Notes under the pieces: generated by a model
Database searches by the model: none
Told to the model about the DNA's origin: nothing
What the model saw: only the letters and a program-made list of their open reading frames with translations
Shown here: in pieces, positions 14,584 to 23,293 of the stretch
Position numbering within the stretch: position 1 is the first letter of the stretch
Layout: each line of letters opens with the position of its first letter
Assembly: GCA_041674405.1 (NCBI GenBank)
Contig: JBAYVT010000005.1
Coordinates: forward strand, 90,001 to 122,000
DNA length: 32,000 bases
From: Patescibacteria group bacterium
GTDB taxonomy: Bacteria; Patescibacteriota; UBA1384; XYA2-FULL-43-10
Direction of reading: 5' to 3'
Program-made: the position numbers and the translations under genes

Positions 14584-15300
14584 TTATTTCCTTATCAATT
14601 TGCGGTTTTTTAAAACCAATGTTTCGATTGCCAATTTCGGATTAGCATTGCTTTTTATCTGACTTTTCACCTTCTCTGTTTCTTTCAATAATCTGGCAGC
14701 ATCAGCAGTTTTTAAAGACAGAAGTTTCTCTCTTGCAAAGTATTCTAAAGTATATATCAATTCATCAATTTTTTCATCCTTGATATATAATTCAATTGTA
14801 TCCGAAACATCTTTGAAATTCCCTTTCAGTTTTTGGGCCAACTCGCCATCATAGCTTGAACTGCCGCCCCCGGAAACTTGAAAGTTTTTAACCATGCAGC
14901 GAGAGACGATTGTCGGGAGCAAAGCTCGCAAGAAGGCAAATAATATTATTACAGCGTCTTTCGGCGGCTCTTCAAGCGTTTTTAAAAACGCATTTGCTGA
15001 TTCTTTGTTGAAAGTTTCAGCGCAAATAACCGCCGCAATTTTTGCCTTGCCCTCAGGTGAAAGATTCAAAAAATGAATTAATTCTCTAACCTGTTTGATC
15101 GAAATAATATTTTTTTTACCAAGTGACTCTTCTGGCCGGATAAGTAGAATATCAGAAATTCCCGGCCTAAGAGTATCTGAAAAATATTTCAATATATCTT
15201 CAATTTGGCCTTGCGATGTAACATAAAATAGATAGGAAGACGCTTTTTTGGGCTTACCGATCCCCGCAGCAATTTTTTCAATAAAATTTACACCTTCCAT
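14584..15300 (-). CDS. holB: DNA polymerase III delta-prime subunit-like protein.
   Basis: KTLEEPP motif and ALLPTIVSRC. Synteny with ricT. Short (238 aa), with no intact Walker A seen. Confidence 0.65.
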   Translation of the reverse strand: MEGVNFIEKIAAGIGKPKKASSYLFYVTSQGQIEDILKYFSDTLRPGISDILLIRPEESLGKKNIISIKQVRELIHFLNLSPEGKAKIAAVICAETFNKESANAFLKTLEEPPKDAVIILFAFLRALLPTIVSRCMVKNFQVSGGGSSSYDGELAQKLKGNFKDVSDTIELYIKDEKIDELIYTLEYFAREKLLSLKTADAARLLKETEKVKSQIKSNANPKLAIETLVLKNRKLIRK

Positions 15301-15492
15301 TAATTTTTACACTAGCAAATTAAGGCAGGTTTCGCAATGGACAAGAGATCGTTATCTTGATAATATCGAGATAACATAAATTACGAATTTCAAATTTTCA
15401 AATTCTAAAATTTTTGGGAAATTGATCATTGATGTTCGAAAATAATTCAGGATGATGAGTTTAGAATTTAGGATTTTTCTCAGAAGGAGAAT

Positions 15493-15834
15493 ATGTCTGG
15501 CTCAAAAGTGAAAGAATCAGATCTTTCCGATCGCACACTGATGTGTAAAGATTGCGGAGATAAATTTATTTGGACTGCTGGCGAGCAGAAATTTTTTCTT
15601 GATAAGGGCTTGCAGAACATACCAAAGCGCTGTAAACCATGCACTGCGTTATACAAAGCGAAACTTCGGGAAAAGAAACCGATGTTCTGGATTCAGTGCA
15701 AAGATTGCCGGAAAAAATCCGAGGTTCCTTTCGAACCTCAAACTGAAGATGTATTGTGTGAAAAATGCTTTGAAAAAGAAATAGAGAAGCGCAACGAAGC
15801 CATAACCGCTCTTGGTGAGCAAATTCCAGAATAA
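15493..15834 (+). CDS. Zinc-ribbon domain protein (two CxxC-type ribbons).
   Basis: CKDCGDKFIWTAGEQKFFLDKGLQNIPKRCKPC and CKDCRKK...CEKC. SD GAAGGAG lies before the ATG. Confidence 0.7.
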   Translation: MSGSKVKESDLSDRTLMCKDCGDKFIWTAGEQKFFLDKGLQNIPKRCKPCTALYKAKLREKKPMFWIQCKDCRKKSEVPFEPQTEDVLCEKCFEKEIEKRNEAITALGEQIPE

Positions 15835-16020
15835 AAGCAAAATTAATTATACAATTAAATTTATAATATTTAATGAGAGATAATCCAAAAAATTATTTCT
15901 CGTTTTTTTCATTCTTATTATCAATCAAAACGTAACAATTTTACCGCGACCGCGAATAAAGTGTTACAATTTCATTTGAAAAAAATATTAAAATATAATT
16001 TCAAATTTAAAAAAATAGCA

Positions 16021-16054
16021 AAAAAATCACCTTGAATTTCATGGTGATTTTTTT
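16021..16054. terminator. Bidirectional terminator between the zinc-ribbon gene and rpmB.
   Basis: AAAAATCACC-ttgaatttcat-GGTGATTTTT, a 10-bp stem flanked by A and T runs. Confidence 0.65.
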
Positions 16055-16087
16055 ATATAAATTCTCACTTGTCTTAAAATAAACCTG

Positions 16088-16270
16088 CTAATCCTGCTTT
16101 TTACCTTTCGATTTCTCCGGTTTATCCATTGTTCGCAAACAGGAGGTGCACAGAACCACGCCATTGACTTTTTGCAAGTTTGGCTTGAATTTTCTTTTGG
16201 TATGAACTTGTGAGTGTGAGACATTGGAGCCAGAGACAGCGCCTTTGCCGCAAATTGAACACTTAGCCAT
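16088..16270 (-). CDS. rpmB: 50S ribosomal protein L28.
   Basis: [35 protein letters not shown] matches the L28 signature (GK..G..VSHS...TKR.F.PNLQ). Confidence 0.85.
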   Translation of the reverse strand: MAKCSICGKGAVSGSNVSHSQVHTKRKFKPNLQKVNGVVLCTSCLRTMDKPEKSKGKKQD

Positions 16271-16478
16271 TTGAAATCCTCTTATCTTGAACGAACATAT
16301 TTTGTTCGCTATAATTTTAACTACTAGATATTAGCATAATCTTGAAAGCATTTCAAGATTATGAAACTAATAACTAAAAGCTTTGAACGAAAAATCTAAA
16401 GGAAAATTTCAATTGGTTATTAGTTATTAGATATTAGCCCCAACGGGGCCCCTTCGGGGTTATTAGTTATTTAAAAAT

Positions 16479-17126
16479 ATGCTCATCATAAATCTTCTAC
16501 AGAACCCCTTTGCTTTTATAGCCTTCATCGTCGGGCTAATTTTTGCAATTACGGTCCATGAATACGCTCACGCATGGATTGCCTACAGAAACGGCGATCC
16601 AACTGCCCAAATGAATGGCCGCTTAACATTAAATCCATTTGCCCACCTGGACCCACTTGGTACTTTGTTTCTTTTTCTTGTTGGATTTGGCTGGGGTAAA
16701 CCGGTCCCAATCAATCCGACTTTTTTTCACCACAAATCAGATGAGCTCAAGGTTGCAATCGCAGGAATTGCAGCCAATATTATTCTAGCGTTTATATTAG
16801 GAATCCCCATCCGCATAGCCCTTCTTGCCGGACACTCGATCGACTCAAATATTGTTCTCTCGTTTTTAAGTATTTTAGTGCAAATCAATTTGATTCTGGC
16901 CGCATTTAACATTTTGCCGATTTTTCCACTCGATGGCTCTCATTTTGTCGAATATTTTCTTGATAATTACAGCAGAGTGAAATTTCAGCAATACGGGCCG
17001 TTTATTCTTCTGTTTCTTTTGATTCTTGATAGGGTATCTAGCTTTTCAATCATCACAGCTGTTATGGAGCCGATTATTCGGGTTCTCTCATCACTTGTGA
17101 TTGGCACATACTCAATATTTTTATAA
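16479..17126 (+). CDS. Site-2 protease family (M50) membrane zinc metalloprotease.
   Basis: HExxH in TVHEYAHAW, second motif NILPIFPLDGSH, and multiple TM segments. Confidence 0.8.
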   Translation: MLIINLLQNPFAFIAFIVGLIFAITVHEYAHAWIAYRNGDPTAQMNGRLTLNPFAHLDPLGTLFLFLVGFGWGKPVPINPTFFHHKSDELKVAIAGIAANIILAFILGIPIRIALLAGHSIDSNIVLSFLSILVQINLILAAFNILPIFPLDGSHFVEYFLDNYSRVKFQQYGPFILLFLLILDRVSSFSIITAVMEPIIRVLSSLVIGTYSIFL

Positions 17127-17131
17127 TGAAC

Positions 17132-17160
17132 TTAACAATACCCCTAGCATCTGGTAGAAT
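17132..17160 (+). promoter_or_regulatory. Sigma70 promoter with extended -10, driving the structured leader and tRNA-Pro.
   Basis: TTAACA (17132-17137), a 17-nt spacer ending in TGG, then TAGAAT (17155-17160). Confidence 0.55.
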
Positions 17161-17165
17161 CAGAT

Positions 17166-17343
17166 TGGTTCTGTCGAATCTTAAAATTGGCTAACAATTT
17201 ACACATTGGAATCCCGATCAGTCGGGATTACTCTGCTTTCGCGGAGTAAGATCAAAATTTGATTCGGCCGTGGCCGAAGCGTGAGATCATCCACATACTC
17301 ATTCCAACCAATTTATAAGTATCGACAGAACTTTATTAATTTT
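17166..17343 (+). ncRNA. Candidate structured RNA or long tRNA leader (unknown class).
   Basis: Long-range pairs: GTTCTGTCGA (17168-17177) with TCGACAGAAC (17322-17331), and AAATTGG (17184-17190) with CCAATTT (17308-17314). These enclose four consecutive hairpins: AATCCCGA-tcag-TCGGGATT, ACTCTGC-tttc-GCGGAGT, ATCAA-aat-TTGAT, TTCGGC-cgtg-GCCGAA. Confidence 0.4.
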
Positions 17344-17419
17344 CGGGGTATAGCGTAGTTGGTAGCGCGCAGGGCTGGGGGTCCTGAGGTCGCCGGTTCG
17401 AGTCCGGCTACCCCGACCA
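17344..17419 (+). tRNA. trnP: tRNA-Pro (anticodon GGG), CCA encoded.
   Basis: CGGGGTATAGCGTAGTTGGTAGCGCGCAGGGCTGGGGGTCCTGAGGTCGCCGGTTCGAGTCCGGCTACCCCGACCA. Acceptor CGGGGTA/TACCCCG, T-arm GCCGG-TTCGAGT-CCGGC. Confidence 0.85.
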
Positions 17420-17423
17420 AAAA

Positions 17424-17783
17424 ATGAACGAGAATTTCAATAAAACCAGAAATGTAATCCCGATGTCTCCTGAGTTAGTAGACCTTATTTTGTCAGGCGA
17501 AAAAATCAAAACGTATAGATTTGGCCACAAGTATGATCATCTGAAGGTTGGAGATAGGGTTAAAATTACGAATTCACAATCAAATGAGCTCATCACAAAT
17601 GCAATAATCATAGATAAATTTTATCAAGACTTTAAAGACCTACCGATTGATATTCCTGGCCATGAACCTTATCAAAACAAAGAACATCAGAGACAGATAT
17701 TCAATGGGTATTATAAATATTTAGACAGACCGATACGCGACGATGATAAATTCATTGTGTTTGAATTTAAATTGTTAAATTAA
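17424..17783 (+). CDS. ASCH (PUA-like) domain protein.
   Basis: MSPELVDLILSGEKIKTYRFG...VGDRV pattern typical of ASCH domains. 119 aa. The true start could instead be the internal Met at codon 14. Confidence 0.6.
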   Translation: MNENFNKTRNVIPMSPELVDLILSGEKIKTYRFGHKYDHLKVGDRVKITNSQSNELITNAIIIDKFYQDFKDLPIDIPGHEPYQNKEHQRQIFNGYYKYLDRPIRDDDKFIVFEFKLLN

Positions 17784-17849
17784 GATCAATTTGTCTTTTT
17801 TTTCTGATATTTGCTAAAATGTAGCCATACAATTTAAAAGTGAATCTTT

Positions 17850-20021
17850 ATGTCTAAGAATCCTGTTTGGATTAGGCCGGCATTTTTGGCCACAAGAGAA
17901 AAACTTGAGGATAGGTTTGTTTACGTTGGAAAAATCGCTAAAGAAGGGCAACCTTCCGTTTTTATGTTCTATTTGATAGAGATTCTGTCCCCCTGGCATC
18001 CATCTACGAAAGTTGAAGAAGTCATCACGAAAGCTTTGGCTAACGAGTATTCTCGAAAAGATGCGTACACACTTGAAGATTTTGAAGAAACCCTAAAAGT
18101 GGTCAATGAAAAACTCGGCGCCCTTTCACAAGATGGAGACAATGACTGGATCGGAAACTTAAACTCAATTGTCGGTCTCGTGGAAGCAGGTAATCTTCAC
18201 ATTTCTGTTTGCGGAAACATTCTAGGTTATCTCCTGCGAAAAGGAAAAATATCGTCTGTGACAGAGGGTTTATCCGCAGAAGAAGATCACCCTTTGAAAA
18301 CCTTTGTGAACATAACATCCGGAGCAATGGGAGAGAATGACAGAGTAATCATCGGCAATATTAATTTTTTTGATGTACTTTCAATTGATCGCCTCAAAAA
18401 ACTGACATGCGAAACTAGCGCAAAAGAGGCGATGTTTGAAATACATCGCACCCTTCGCCGCTCCAAGATCGATAAAACTAGTTGTATTATTTTAGATTGT
18501 GTCGAAGCCGAATTTAAAGAAACAGACAAAGAAAAAGAGCTGCCTGAAATGTTTTTTCTAGACCAATCTTCCGATACCGGGTTCTCAAAATTCATGAAAA
18601 AGGCTTCTCCGGTCGCCAAATCTGGAGCAAACTCAGCCAAAAAGGGATTGGTTAAATTTTTTCACTTTTCAAAAAAGGCTGCGGCAGGCGCCCACAAAAA
18701 ATGGAAGGAGAGTTATGGGCCCAAAACTAAGGAAATATTTGCAAAAGGCAAGAATAGCGCCGGTGCCGGAATTGCAAAAATTTCAAGCAGAATAAGAGAC
18801 AATCAACAAGTTAAATATATGGGCGTTAAAGTAAGGCCTTATTCCAAACGGCCCAAGGGAACATTATCTAGAATTATGGGTTCTGTCTTGAGTGCAATTT
18901 ATATGATCTCTGAAAAGAAAAACCGCCGATATTTATACGTTGGTCTCGCAATCATCCTTGTACTTATCGGCTATATGAAAATTCGGGCAAATAATGCAAA
19001 CCGTGTGGCATTAAATACAGAAAGAGAAATTACCGAGAGTTATACCCAAGCTGTTGATTTATTCAATCAAGCAAAAGATGATCTTTCGCTTGGCAAACCC
19101 AATGCCAAAGATGAGTTCGCATCGGCACTTGATTTAGCAATCAAGGCCCAAGGAAGCGAAGCCACGAAAAACGAGGCGATCGTTCTTGCAAACGAAATTA
19201 CCGATAAACTCGATGGGCTTATCTCTGCTACCCGATTTAGAAATTTAAGTCCCCTATTTTCAGTCAATGGCAATGTTGCCCATAGCGCTTTAGTCGGTAC
19301 AACCATATATTCCATTACCGACACTGGCCGAATTTATGCGACAGATACCAAAGACCAATCACCAAAATTAGTGGCTTCTGTTCCATCAGATGCGGGAAAT
19401 ATAATTTCTAGTACCTTTGCTGATTCCCAGAATATACTTTTCTTTTTAACGGATAAGGACAAAATTCTTTCCTTGGACATCGATAATAATACCATTGGCT
19501 CTCCATCTCTTGCTTCAGGCGCCTCCTGGGAAACATCGGCGGCAATCGGTGCATATGTTTCAAATCTTTATTTGTTGGATGCAGAGAGTGGCACAATATG
19601 GAAGCATATCGAAAGCAACAATGCTTTTGGAAAAGGCTCTTCTTACGCCCCAACCAAAGATATTGACCTCAAGGGGGCAATCGATATCACAATTGATGGT
19701 AACATTTATATCCTAAAATCTGATTCAAGCATTGCAAAATTTGTTAAAGGTTCATATGACAGCTCTTTTTCAGTAAAAGCTTTGCCCTCGCCTTTTGATA
19801 AGATTGAAAAACCCGCAGGTATTTTTACTGATTCAGATACTAACTACATCTATGTTCTAGACAAAGGACAAAACAGGATTATCCGATTTGATAAAACAGG
19901 CACTTTTGTAAATCAATATTTCTTCGATGGTGCAACAATAGATCAGTTTTTTATAAATCCACGAATCCAAAAAATGTGGGTTTTCTCAGGCAATAGTGTT
20001 TATGAGATAAATGTTCAATAG
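17850..20021 (+). CDS. Bitopic membrane protein. N-terminal PP2C-fold-like domain lacking obvious catalytic Asp motifs; C-terminal NHL/beta-propeller-like repeats.
   Basis: Extended -10 TGCTAAAAT lies upstream. IVGLVEAGNLHISVCGNILGYLLRKGKISSVTEG resembles a PP2C strand pair. Central TM is YLYVGLAIILVLIGY. The C-terminus has repeated motifs such as IYVLDKGQNRIIRFDKTGTFVNQYF. Confidence 0.55.
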   Translation: MSKNPVWIRPAFLATREKLEDRFVYVGKIAKEGQPSVFMFYLIEILSPWHPSTKVEEVITKALANEYSRKDAYTLEDFEETLKVVNEKLGALSQDGDNDWIGNLNSIVGLVEAGNLHISVCGNILGYLLRKGKISSVTEGLSAEEDHPLKTFVNITSGAMGENDRVIIGNINFFDVLSIDRLKKLTCETSAKEAMFEIHRTLRRSKIDKTSCIILDCVEAEFKETDKEKELPEMFFLDQSSDTGFSKFMKKASPVAKSGANSAKKGLVKFFHFSKKAAAGAHKKWKESYGPKTKEIFAKGKNSAGAGIAKISSRIRDNQQVKYMGVKVRPYSKRPKGTLSRIMGSVLSAIYMISEKKNRRYLYVGLAIILVLIGYMKIRANNANRVALNTEREITESYTQAVDLFNQAKDDLSLGKPNAKDEFASALDLAIKAQGSEATKNEAIVLANEITDKLDGLISATRFRNLSPLFSVNGNVAHSALVGTTIYSITDTGRIYATDTKDQSPKLVASVPSDAGNIISSTFADSQNILFFLTDKDKILSLDIDNNTIGSPSLASGASWETSAAIGAYVSNLYLLDAESGTIWKHIESNNAFGKGSSYAPTKDIDLKGAIDITIDGNIYILKSDSSIAKFVKGSYDSSFSVKALPSPFDKIEKPAGIFTDSDTNYIYVLDKGQNRIIRFDKTGTFVNQYFFDGATIDQFFINPRIQKMWVFSGNSVYEINVQ

Positions 20022-20054
20022 TTTTTAGTTATTCGAAATTATTTTTTAGTTAAC

Positions 20055-20077
20055 AAGGCACCGCAAGGTGCTTTTTA
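20055..20077. terminator. Terminator between the convergent 723-aa gene and argS.
   Basis: GCACC-GCAA-GGTGC followed by TTTTT. Confidence 0.65.
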
Positions 20078-20079
20078 CA

Positions 20080-21735
20080 TCACATTTTCTCCGGTGCTTC
20101 AATGTCACAGATTCTAAGGGAATTAGCGATGATTGTTCTTGCTGCACGTACAAGTGAGAGCCGGGCAAGGGTTAATTTTTTATCATCGGACAGAACCTGG
20201 CAATTGGTATAAAATTCATGAAATAGCCCTGCAATTTTATAGGCATAGTGGGGGAGCAACTGAATTTGAAAATCAGATATGATATTTGAAAGAATGTCCG
20301 GATATTTTACAAGCTCTTTTATGAGTTGGATTTCACTTTCGTCTTTTAATAAGGAAAAATCAAAGTCTCCATCACCGATCCCCTCTTCCTCTGCCTTTCT
20401 TAAAATGCTGGCAGTTCTGGCATGTGCATATTCAATATAAAATACTGGGTTTTTTTCTGAACGCTCTTTCGCAAGCTCAATATCAAAATCGATGGGGGTA
20501 TTTGAATTCTGTGAAACAACGAAATATTTAAATGCATCAGCAGAAACTCCAGCTTCAATCACTTGCCGCAAAGTAACAAAATTACCGAATCGCTTTCCCA
20601 TTTTTACAATCTCGTCTCCGTTTTTAAGCCTGACATATTGGTATAAAATTACTTTTATTTTATCCTCGTCAATTCCAATCGCAGCCATCGCAGCCAAAAG
20701 GCGCGGGATATGTCCATGATGGTTCGACCCCCAGACATCAACTACAAGCCCGTTCCCCCGTTCAATCTTTTCCTTGTGATAGGCAATATCATCAGCAAAA
20801 TATGTCAATGTCCCAGCTTCATCACTCTTTTTCAAAACCGATTCCCTGTCAGAAAGATCGGGATCAGCAGGATTTTTAAACCAAAGAGCTCCCTCTTTTT
20901 TGGCCGTAAAACCTTTTTCATTTAGTTCTTCGATTATTTTGTCTGATTCTCCATTTTTTTCAATTTCACTCTGATAAAACCAGTGATCAAATTTGATGCC
21001 GAGTAGCTCGATATCAGCCTGAATCATTTCAATAATTTTTTTCAAACCCTCTTTCTTGAAAAATTCAACAAATTCTTCCCTGTTTTGCATTTTAGCTAAT
21101 TTTTCTTTTCGCTCTTCAAAAATATTTTTAGAAATTTCTTCGAGATATGCACCTGGATACCCTTTTTCTGGAAAATCTGCAGGAAATCCATTCGCTTTTT
21201 CATACCAATAATATATCGTCTCCGCGAGGCGGTTCACTTGGCCACCAATATCGTTTACATAAAATTCACGCTCAACTTTGTAACCAAAATTCTCAAAAAT
21301 ATTAGCAATCATTTCGCCAATAGGACCAGATCTTGCATTCCCAACATGTAGAGGACCAGTCGGATTTGCGGAAATATATTCTACATTTACAGATTTGCCG
21401 CTGCCCTTTGTGCTCTTGCCATACCCACTTCCCTTGTTAAGTATTGCCTTAAATTCTGAAAGATAAAACTCTTTACTTAAATTGATATTTATAAATCCAG
21501 GGCCAGCAACTAAGGCATCCAAAATTAAATCATCGGGTTTAATACGATCAGCGATTTCCTGTGCAACCTCCCGTGGATTTATCTTTCTCTGGTTGGCAAT
21601 AATCATTGCAACATTACTGGCATAATCAGCGTTGGTCGCTGGCGGTGGTTCAGTAATATCAAAAGAAATTAGCTCTTTATAACCCGCAGCTTCCACAGCC
21701 TCAAAAATTTTTGATTTAAGCTTTTCAACAATCAT
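20080..21735 (-). CDS. argS: Arginine--tRNA ligase.
   Basis: Class I signature SANPTGPLHVGNAR and a C-terminal DALR-type anticodon-binding region. Start set at ATG 21735 (MIVEKLK); the track start at 21780 is a TTG. Confidence 0.9.
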   Translation of the reverse strand: MIVEKLKSKIFEAVEAAGYKELISFDITEPPPATNADYASNVAMIIANQRKINPREVAQEIADRIKPDDLILDALVAGPGFININLSKEFYLSEFKAILNKGSGYGKSTKGSGKSVNVEYISANPTGPLHVGNARSGPIGEMIANIFENFGYKVEREFYVNDIGGQVNRLAETIYYWYEKANGFPADFPEKGYPGAYLEEISKNIFEERKEKLAKMQNREEFVEFFKKEGLKKIIEMIQADIELLGIKFDHWFYQSEIEKNGESDKIIEELNEKGFTAKKEGALWFKNPADPDLSDRESVLKKSDEAGTLTYFADDIAYHKEKIERGNGLVVDVWGSNHHGHIPRLLAAMAAIGIDEDKIKVILYQYVRLKNGDEIVKMGKRFGNFVTLRQVIEAGVSADAFKYFVVSQNSNTPIDFDIELAKERSEKNPVFYIEYAHARTASILRKAEEEGIGDGDFDFSLLKDESEIQLIKELVKYPDILSNIISDFQIQLLPHYAYKIAGLFHEFYTNCQVLSDDKKLTLARLSLVRAARTIIANSLRICDIEAPEKM

Positions 21736-21869
21736 AAAAATATCTTTCCCATCATTGCGAACCCCAAAGGGGCGCGACAATCTTTATTATAGAAATTGCT
21801 TCGTCCTCGCATTACTCGCAATAACTGATTTATGTAAATATGCGTAACAGACTGTGTAATATTCTCCAA

Positions 21870-23039
21870 TTATTTTATGCGCCAATATTTTAATTTTCCG
21901 ACCTGGATAACCATACCCTTATAAGCTGAAATTGTTGACTTGGGATCAGAAATCTTTGCCCCGTCAACCCTGATTGCACCTTGTTGAATCAATCTGCGAG
22001 CCTCTGAATTGGAATTTGCTGCTCCGATTTCTACGATTAAAAGCGGAAGTTCATAATTGCCCGTGAGTTTAATTTCAGGCATTTTGTCTGGCATTTTTTT
22101 CTCACGAAATTGGGCAGAAAATGACGCGGCAGCCTTTTTGGATTCTTCCTCTCCGTGATAGAGCTTTACAATTTCAAGCGCTAACTTTTCTTTTATATCG
22201 CGAGGATTTTTACCAGATTTCAACTCGTCATCAATTTTTTTTATGTTTTTTTCATCATACAAAGCACAAAGTTCAAAATAGGTCAAAATCAGCGAATCAG
22301 GAATCGACATAATTTTTCCAAACATTATTGGCGCAGGCTCAGTAATCCCAATATAATTGCCTTCGCTCTTGCTCATTTTTTTCTTACCATCAGTGCCAAC
22401 CAAGAGCTTAAAAAGAACAATTTCTTGTGGAATTTGGCCAATTTTTTTCTGCAATTCTCTTCCAGCTAAAATATTGAACTTCTGATCTGAGCCGCCAAAT
22501 TCAATATCTGCGTTTAATGCGACTGAATCATACGCTTGCATTAGGGGATAAAGCAGCTCGTGTAAGCCAACCTCTACACGATCTTTGATCCGTTTCGAAA
22601 AATCATCACGTTCAATGATTGAGGCTACAGTAAACTTTCCAGCAAGAGAAAGTATGTCACTAAAAGTCATGTTTTTGAACCACTCAGAATTGTATCTGAC
22701 TTCAGTTTTTTTAAGGTCCAAAATTTTTGAAACCTGATCAAAATATGTCTTGGCATTACACTTAATTTCTTCATCAGAGAGAACAGGGCGTGTTGTATTT
22801 CTGCCCGATGGATCGCCAATTTTGGTAGTGTAGTCGCCTATCAGAAAAATAACAGTGTGTCCCATTTCCTGTAATTCTTTAAGCTTCCACATCGCCACCG
22901 CATGGCCCAGATGGATGTCTGGCCTTGTCGGATCTACCCCGTATTTAATGCGAAGTTTTTTGCCTGTTTTCAATCTTTTTTGAAGCGAATCACTGCTGAT
23001 AATTTCTTCAACTCCAGATTTCCACAAATTATTTTTCAT
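21870..23039 (-). CDS. tyrS: Tyrosine--tRNA ligase.
   Basis: HIGH-type motif PDIHLGHAV, KMSKS, and a C-terminal S4-like domain (ARRLIQQGAIRVDGAKI). Confidence 0.9.
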   Translation of the reverse strand: MKNNLWKSGVEEIISSDSLQKRLKTGKKLRIKYGVDPTRPDIHLGHAVAMWKLKELQEMGHTVIFLIGDYTTKIGDPSGRNTTRPVLSDEEIKCNAKTYFDQVSKILDLKKTEVRYNSEWFKNMTFSDILSLAGKFTVASIIERDDFSKRIKDRVEVGLHELLYPLMQAYDSVALNADIEFGGSDQKFNILAGRELQKKIGQIPQEIVLFKLLVGTDGKKKMSKSEGNYIGITEPAPIMFGKIMSIPDSLILTYFELCALYDEKNIKKIDDELKSGKNPRDIKEKLALEIVKLYHGEEESKKAAASFSAQFREKKMPDKMPEIKLTGNYELPLLIVEIGAANSNSEARRLIQQGAIRVDGAKISDPKSTISAYKGMVIQVGKLKYWRIK

Positions 23040-23131
23040 GTTTTCCTCTTTTTATGCTTCTATACTTACTAAATTTCGACTGGGGAAAAGTGCCTGGAAA
23101 TTTAGTAGTGTTAAGAATCTTTCCATCATTC

Positions 23132-23160
23132 TTGACACTTCAACCTCATCTCCGTATAAT
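23132..23160 (+). promoter_or_regulatory. Consensus sigma70 promoter upstream of the PBP gene.
   Basis: TTGACA (23132-23137), a 17-nt spacer, then TATAAT (23155-23160). A second candidate, TTTACA-17-TATAAT, ends at 23248. Confidence 0.6.
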
Positions 23161-23293
23161 TGTGTCGTTTCAAGTTAATGTAAATTTTTTCGACTAAAAA
23201 TTGACTCGTATATTCTGTTTACAGAATATCAATCTGATTCTATAATGTAAAGCATAGAACTTCGAGAAGAAGGGTAATCGAAGAAAGGTTTAA

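Noticed and set aside
15380-16000. Short tandem or direct repeats (TTTCAAATT TTCAAATT; ACCGCGACCGCG; GTAACAATTT/GTTACAATTT) as a possible CRISPR array or repeat array.
   Set aside because: There are only two to three copies of 6-10 nt units in AT-rich intergenic DNA, with no repeat-spacer periodicity.
23040-23131. T-box riboswitch upstream of tyrS (and of argS at 21736-21869).
   Set aside because: Only a simple 10-bp hairpin (ACTAAATTTC...GAAATTTAGT) is present. No T-box consensus (AANNNGGGTGGTACCGCG-like) or specifier architecture was seen.
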